A DNA stretch of 64,000 nucleotides, taken from the NCBI GenBank assembly GCA_900617105.1, contig UYFQ01000260.1, forward strand, positions 1-64,000. Reading direction: 5' to 3'. Under the pieces are notes generated by a model. The model was given only the letters and a program-made list of their open reading frames with translations, was not told the origin of the DNA and did no database searches. Origin of the DNA: Hydrurus foetidus. Taxonomy: Eukaryota. Made by a program: the position numbers and the translations under genes. This document shows positions 58,562 through 64,000 of this stretch, piece by piece (within the stretch, counting starts at the first letter, position 1; each line of letters begins with the position of its first letter).

Positions 58562-59712
58562 GATTGGAACCCCTTCAGCTTGCCGAGCAGGGTGGGCAGA
58601 AGCCTGGCGACCTCTTCCTTGGTCGTCGGCAAGGGTGTGTCTCCCAGCGCGCCTTCCAGCCGCTGCCGAACCTCCTGCTCCAGCTTCTGGCGCAGGTGAT
58701 CGCCCACGGTATCGCGAACCAGCGTCTCGTTGGCGTCGCGCACGGCGCTTTCGAGATTGGAGGATTCGGACGGCAACCGGCCGCGTAGCCTGGGCCACAA
58801 CTGGGCCACGACCTTGGGCTGGCGCATGTAGTGACTGAAGCCATGCGGCACGACCGAGGCCAGCTTGTCGAAATTGTTCCAGTCCTGAGCCCAGTCGATG
58901 AACTCGTCGGCCAGATAGTAGCCCGACAGTCCCGTCAGCGGCACGTAACCGGGCGCATCGACCCATTTCGGATCCGAGGGCTGAAAGGGGCGAATCCGGC
59001 AGAACGGGTCCAGGGTGTGGCTGCAATTGAGATAGTGCCCCACGCCCAGCGGGCCCGAGGGGACCAGACGGTCGCTGTAGGCGGCTTGCGGCGGTGACAG
59101 CGCCCGCGCCACGTTGGCGGCCATGCAGATGACCTTGGGCGGCACAAGCGCCGCCTTCAGCTCCGGATCCTGGCTGGCCTCGGCCAAAAGCGCGGGGATG
59201 GCGTTGTTGATCACCGCCGTGCCGAGCGAGTGGGCCAGGATGCTCCAGTTATCCAGCGTCAGGGCCTGGTGATGCCGGCGCAGGGCGTCAAGGATCTGCT
59301 TGGCGACGTGAGGGTGGATCGCATCCTTCAGGAGTGGAGACGTGTAGAGCAGAACGTCCGCGACATGGGTCCAGAGAAAGGACTTGTCAGTGTTGCCCTT
59401 GAAGAAGTCGGTGATCTTTCCTGCGACGCCACTGTCGAGGCCGAAGGCTTTCCAGGTGCCGGCCTGATATTCCCAGTCGGTGCGGTAGTGCTCCAGCCAG
59501 CTGTCGAACTCTATGGTCTCGATGACGAAGCGATCATCGAAATCCACGCCCCTGCCCAGCTTCGGATCATTCTTGATGAAGGTGTCATAGACATCGACAA
59601 GGCTTTTGCTGGCTTCCTGGAACCAGCCCTTGGTGTCCTGGACCCACTTGCCATCCTTGAACGTCCCGTAGGAGCCCATGCCGTGCACGAGGAAAAGGAT
59701 GTGCTTGCCCAT
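58558..59712 (-). CDS. Uncharacterised alpha/beta-hydrolase-fold protein (lipase-like), no signal peptide
   Basis: LFLVHGMG, ILAHSLGTAV nucleophile elbow, HTLDPF, PHGFSHY. Confidence 0.75.
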   Translation of the reverse strand: MGKHILFLVHGMGSYGTFKDGKWVQDTKGWFQEASKSLVDVYDTFIKNDPKLGRGVDFDDRFVIETIEFDSWLEHYRTDWEYQAGTWKAFGLDSGVAGKITDFFKGNTDKSFLWTHVADVLLYTSPLLKDAIHPHVAKQILDALRRHHQALTLDNWSILAHSLGTAVINNAIPALLAEASQDPELKAALVPPKVICMAANVARALSPPQAAYSDRLVPSGPLGVGHYLNCSHTLDPFCRIRPFQPSDPKWVDAPGYVPLTGLSGYYLADEFIDWAQDWNNFDKLASVVPHGFSHYMRQPKVVAQLWPRLRGRLPSESSNLESAVRDANETLVRDTVGDHLRQKLEQEVRQRLEGALGDTPLPTTKEEVARLLPTLLGKLKGFQS

Positions 59713-59849
59713 GACCACCCCCCGAACCCAAACCGATCATTCGCGGAACGGTGTTCTGTGGGAGCCTCTCACAAGCTTCACATCAATGCAATCGTGGCGG
59801 TAGTGAGGGTGGTGTTCTCTTGCAGCGCGCGCCCGCTCTGGCGGGCTGG

Positions 59850-60599
59850 CTAGATCGCCACCCGCTTGGCGATCGCATCGCGCCGGGTGCTGGTTTCCTG
59901 CTTGGCGCGCTGCACGGCCTCGGTCTCGGTGGCGTGCAGCAGGTGTTCGATCACCCGCTCCAGGTGGTCGCGCATCGCCTGCCGCGCCGCGGCGGGGTCG
60001 CGGGCCTTCAGGGCCTCGAACACCCGGCGGTGCTCGTTGATGCGGGGTTCCAGGCCCATGCCGCGGGCGCGGGCCAGGATGTTGCGGGCCAGGGGCGAGC
60101 GGTTGCGCCAGTCCCACAGGTTCTCGATGGTGGCGATGATCGCGCCGTTTCCGGTGGCGCGGGCGATGATCATGTGGAACTCGCGGTCGGCCTCCTCGCC
60201 GGTGATTTCCTCTTCCTCGTGCATCCGCACCATCAGGGCCTCCAGCTGGGCCAGCTGGGCGTCGTCAATCGAGGTGGCGGCCAGGGCGGCGGCTTCGCCC
60301 TCGAACAGGCGGCGGGCCTCGATCAGCTCGAAGGCGCCGATCTCGAAGTCGATCTCGTGGGGCGGGGCGGCCGGGCGGGCATTGCTGGTGACATAGATGC
60401 CCAGGCCGTGGCGGGCCTCGATCATGCCCAGCATTTCCAGGGCGATCATCGCCTCGCGCAGGGTGGGGCGGCTGACCCCGAACTGCTCGGCCAGTTCGCG
60501 CTCGGTCGGCAGGCGGTCGCCAAGCTTGTAGTGCCCGGCCTCGATGGCGTCGGCCACGGTGTCGGCGATACGGCGGTAGAGCTTGACGTTGTCGGCCAT
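59850..60599 (-). CDS. FadR/GntR family regulator
   Basis: GDRLPTERELAEQFGVSRPTLREAM; ADREFH..IARATGN. Confidence 0.95.
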   Translation of the reverse strand: MADNVKLYRRIADTVADAIEAGHYKLGDRLPTERELAEQFGVSRPTLREAMIALEMLGMIEARHGLGIYVTSNARPAAPPHEIDFEIGAFELIEARRLFEGEAAALAATSIDDAQLAQLEALMVRMHEEEEITGEEADREFHMIIARATGNGAIIATIENLWDWRNRSPLARNILARARGMGLEPRINEHRRVFEALKARDPAAARQAMRDHLERVIEHLLHATETEAVQRAKQETSTRRDAIAKRVAI

Positions 60600-60721
60600 G
60601 GACAGTGCTTTTAATCTCGGGTGGCGCGGACGCCGATTTAGATCTGTTGCCCCTCAACTATCACGCAGATTCTCGCCCTTCGCTCGCCCTTTTAGCCGTG
60701 GCGACGGTTCTTCGGTCAGTT

Positions 60722-61932
60722 TCACCAGTCATGCATCGCGCCGTCTTCGCGGCGGGCCACCGGCAGATAGGCGCGCTTGTAGGGATGGCCGGCCGCCAGG
60801 GTTTCGTCGATATCCACGCCCAGGCCCGGCGCCTCGCCCGGATGCAGCATGCCGTCCTCGAAGGTGTAGGCATGGGGGAACACCGCGTCGGTCTCGGGCG
60901 TGTGGCGCATGTATTCCTGGATGCCGAAATTGGCGATCGACAGGTCGAAGTGCAGCGCTGCGGCCATGCTGATCGGCGACAGGTCTGTAGCCCGTGGCAG
61001 CCGGTGCGGACATTGTAGAGATCGGCGAAGCTGGCGATCTTGCGCAGGTGGGTAATGCCGCCGGCATGCACCACGGTGGCGCGGATATAGTCGATCAGCT
61101 GTTCCTGGATCAGGGTCTTGCAGTCCCAGATCGAATTGAACACCTCGCCCACGGCCAGAGGGGTGGTGGTGTGCTGACGCACCAGCCGGAAATTCTCCTG
61201 GTTCTCGGCCGGGGTGCAGTCTTCCATCCAGAAGGGGCGGTAGGGCTCCAGGTCCTTGCCCAGGCGGCCGGCCTCGATCGGGGTCAGGCGGTGATGGACG
61301 TCGTGCAGCAGGTGGATGTCCCAGCCCAGCCGCTCGCGGGCGGCCTTGAACAGTTCGGGCGCGGCCCGCAGATATTTCTCGGTCGACCAGATGGTTTCCT
61401 TGGGCAGGTCGCTGTCGGCCGGTTCGTAGAAGAACTTGTCCTTGGAGACGCCGTAGGTCCCCTTCATGCCGGGCACGCCCGACTGCAGGCGGACGGCCTT
61501 GTAGCCCTGCTGCGCATAGGCGGCGGCGTTGGTCAGGGTCTCGTCGATCGTCTCGCCATTGGCGTGGCCATAGACCATGACGCTCGAGCGGCAGGCCCCG
61601 CCCAGCAGCTGATAGACCGGCAGGCCGGCGACCTTGCCCTTGATGTCCCACAGCGCCATGTCGACCGCCGCGATGGCCGACATCGTCACCGGGCCGCGAC
61701 GCCAGTAGGCGCCCTTGTAGAGATACTGCCAGATGTCCTCGATCGTGTGCGCGTCGCGGCCGATCAGGCAGGGGATGACATGTTCGGTCAGGTAGGCCTC
61801 GACCGCCAGCTCGCGCCCGTTCAGCGTGGCGTCGCCGACGCCGTAGGTCCCGTCCTCGGTCACGATCTTCAGCGTGACGAAGTTGCGCCCCGGGCAGGTG
61901 ACGATGGTCTTGGCGGCGATGATCTTGGACAT
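60722..61932 (-). CDS. manD: D-mannonate dehydratase (enolase superfamily, ManD/RspA), frameshift ~60990
   Basis: [43 protein letters not shown]. Confidence 0.93.
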
Positions 61933-61956
61933 GACCCTCGGTTTAACGGCGGGGTA

Positions 61957-61985
61957 TGGGTTGTCAACCCAGTGGTCAGACCACT
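61957..61985. promoter_or_regulatory. Two abutting palindromes TGGGTTGTCAACCCA and AGTGGTCAGACCACT (FadR-type operators)
   Basis: In the divergent manD/aguA promoter; TGGT-N3-ACCA is typical of FadR subfamily sites. Confidence 0.75.
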
Positions 61986-62098
61986 ACATGTGGGCCTGTC
62001 GACCTCTTGGCGGAATTTGTGTCCGGGAGGTTCAAGGCCACCGATCTCCCCGGCGAAAACCGGGAGGAGCGGATGAAAATAGTCTGGGGAGTGAACTG

Positions 62099-64000
62099 AT
62101 GCGGTTAGTTGCGATCCTCACCGGCCTATTGCTGCTGACGGCTCCCGTCGCCCATGCCGAGGACGGCCATGACCTGTGGCTGCGCTATCGACCCGTTGAG
62201 GCCACGGCGGGCTATGCGCCTGCCGCCATCGCGCCCGTCGCCGACACCCCGACCCTGAAGGTGGCCCGGGCCGAGCTGGAACGCGGTCTCACCGGCCTGA
62301 TCGGTGCGCCCGCGGCGCAGGCGGGCCGGGTCATCCTGATCGGCACGCCGGCCAGCTCGCCCGCCATCGCCAGGCTGGCCCTGCCGCTGCAGGCCGCCGG
62401 CGACGAGGGCTATCTGATCCGCACCCTCACCGTGGACGGCAAGGCGACCACGGTGATCGCCGCCAACCGCGACGTCGGCGTCCTCTACGGCGTCTACCGC
62501 TATCTCTCGCTGATCCAGACCCGCCGGCCTGTGGATAACTTGGACATCGCGTCCGCACCCAAGGTCCGCTTGCGGATGCTCAACCACTGGGACAACCTGG
62601 ATCGCAGCGTCGAGCGCGGCTATTCGGGCCAGTCGATCTGGGACTGGTGGAAGCTGCCGGCCTACAGCGCCGACCCGCGCTATGTCGACTATGCCCGCGC
62701 CAACGCCTCGATCGGCGTCAACGGCACGGTTCTCAACAACGTCAACGCCAAGTCCCTCAGCCTGACCGCGCCCTGGATCGCCAAGGCCGGGGCCCTGGCT
62801 GATGTGTTCCGGCCCTATGGGATCAAGGTCTATCTGTCGGCCCGGTTTCCTCGCCCATCGAGATCGGCGGCCTGAAGACCGCCGATCCGCGCGACCCGGC
62901 CGTGAAGGCGTTCTGGAAGGCCAAGGCCGACGAGATCTACAAGGCCATCCCCGACTTCGGCGGCTTCCTCGTGAAAGCCAATTCCGAGGGGCAGCCCGGT
63001 CCGCAGGACTATGGCGCCACCCATGCCGACAGGGCCAACATGCTGGCCGATGCCGTGGGGCCGCACGGCGGCGTCGTGATCTGGCGGGCCTTTGTCTATT
63101 CGCACGAGCAGCCCGACGATCGCGCCAAGCAGGGCTACTCGGAGTTCAAGCCGTTTGACGGCCAGTTCCGCGACAATGTGGTGATCCAGGTCAAGAACGG
63201 CGCGATCGACTTCCAGCCCCGCGAGCCCTTCCACCCGCTGTTCGGCGCCATGCCCAAATCCAACCTCGGCATGGAGTTCCAGATCACCAAGGAATATCTC
63301 GGCTTCGCCACCCACCTGGCCTATCTGGGCCCGATGTACGAGGAGATCCTGCGGGCCGACACCATGGCCAAGGGCAAGGGCTCGACGGTGGCCAAGGTGA
63401 TCGACGGTGCGCTGGACGGCCGCAAGCTGACCGCCATGGCCGGCGTGGCCAACATTGGGGCAGACAGAAGTTGGAGCGGCTCGCACTTCGATCAGGCCAA
63501 CTGGTACGTCTTTGGCCGCCTGGCCTGGGATCCCGAAGCTTCCAGCCGCGATATCGCCGCCGACTGGGCCAGGATGACCTTCAGCAACGACAAGCGCTTC
63601 GTGACGCCGGTCGTCGACATGATGATGAGTTCGCGCGAGACCGTTGTCGACTACATGACGCCGCTGGGCCTGCACCATCAGATGGGCCGCAGCCACCACT
63701 ATGGCCCAGGCCCCTGGGTCAGCGGCGGCGAGCGCGCCGACTGGACCAGCGTCTATTACGCCAAGGCCGGGCCGGGCGGGATCGGCTTTGACCGCACAGC
63801 CAAGGGCAGCAACGCGGTGGCGCAATATGCGGCCCCCGTCGGGGCCTGCTTCGCTGACCTGAAGTGCGTCGACGAGAAGGACCTGCTGTGGTTCCACCAC
63901 CTGCCCTGGGACTATCGCCTGAAGTCGGGCCAGACCCTGTGGGACGGCCTGGTCACCCGCTATTCGCGCGGCGTGGCCGGTGTGGACGCCATGGGCGAGA
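62099..64000 (+). CDS. aguA: GH67 alpha-glucuronidase (3' partial, frameshift ~62850)
   Basis: [59 protein letters not shown]. Confidence 0.95.

Overview
High-GC Caulobacter-like (Caulobacteraceae) chromosomal window with about 50 genes. Identification rests on the beta-type flagellin, xylXABCD, XylR and the acrAB-nodT pump. Well over half of the genes are broken by short indels, densest at 36.8-40.7 kb, which looks like long-read consensus error rather than pseudogenisation, so CDS calls are reconstructed across frames by eye. Gene order: MCP, OprB porin, GntR/ribD-ribE-ribBA-ribH, OmpA, BrnT-type toxin-antitoxin pair, M28 peptidase, thiolase, GGDEF-EAL, TetR/acrAB-nodT, a single flagellin, then a ~42 kb xylan/xylose/glucuronate region (SGNH esterase, GH43, XylE, Weimberg xylXABCD next to xylR, GH3, acetylesterase, FadR-manD-aguA). 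That region is interrupted by a TonB-dependent receptor, a Fur-box PepSY-DUF2271-DUF4198-ApbE-flavoreductase operon, peptidases and an orphan two-gene cassette. The best novelty candidates are: (1) a BrnT toxin whose partner gene appears to fuse a BrnA N-terminus to a YegP/DUF1508 domain; (2) a translationally coupled pair of an alpha/beta-hydrolase and an exported beta-rich protein at 57.3-59.7 kb; (3) tandem BlaI/CopY-type TACAnnTGTA boxes before the TonB receptor; (4) three structured intergenic sRNA candidates. No tRNA, rRNA, CRISPR array or transposase was seen. No database searches were run; family calls come from motif recognition.
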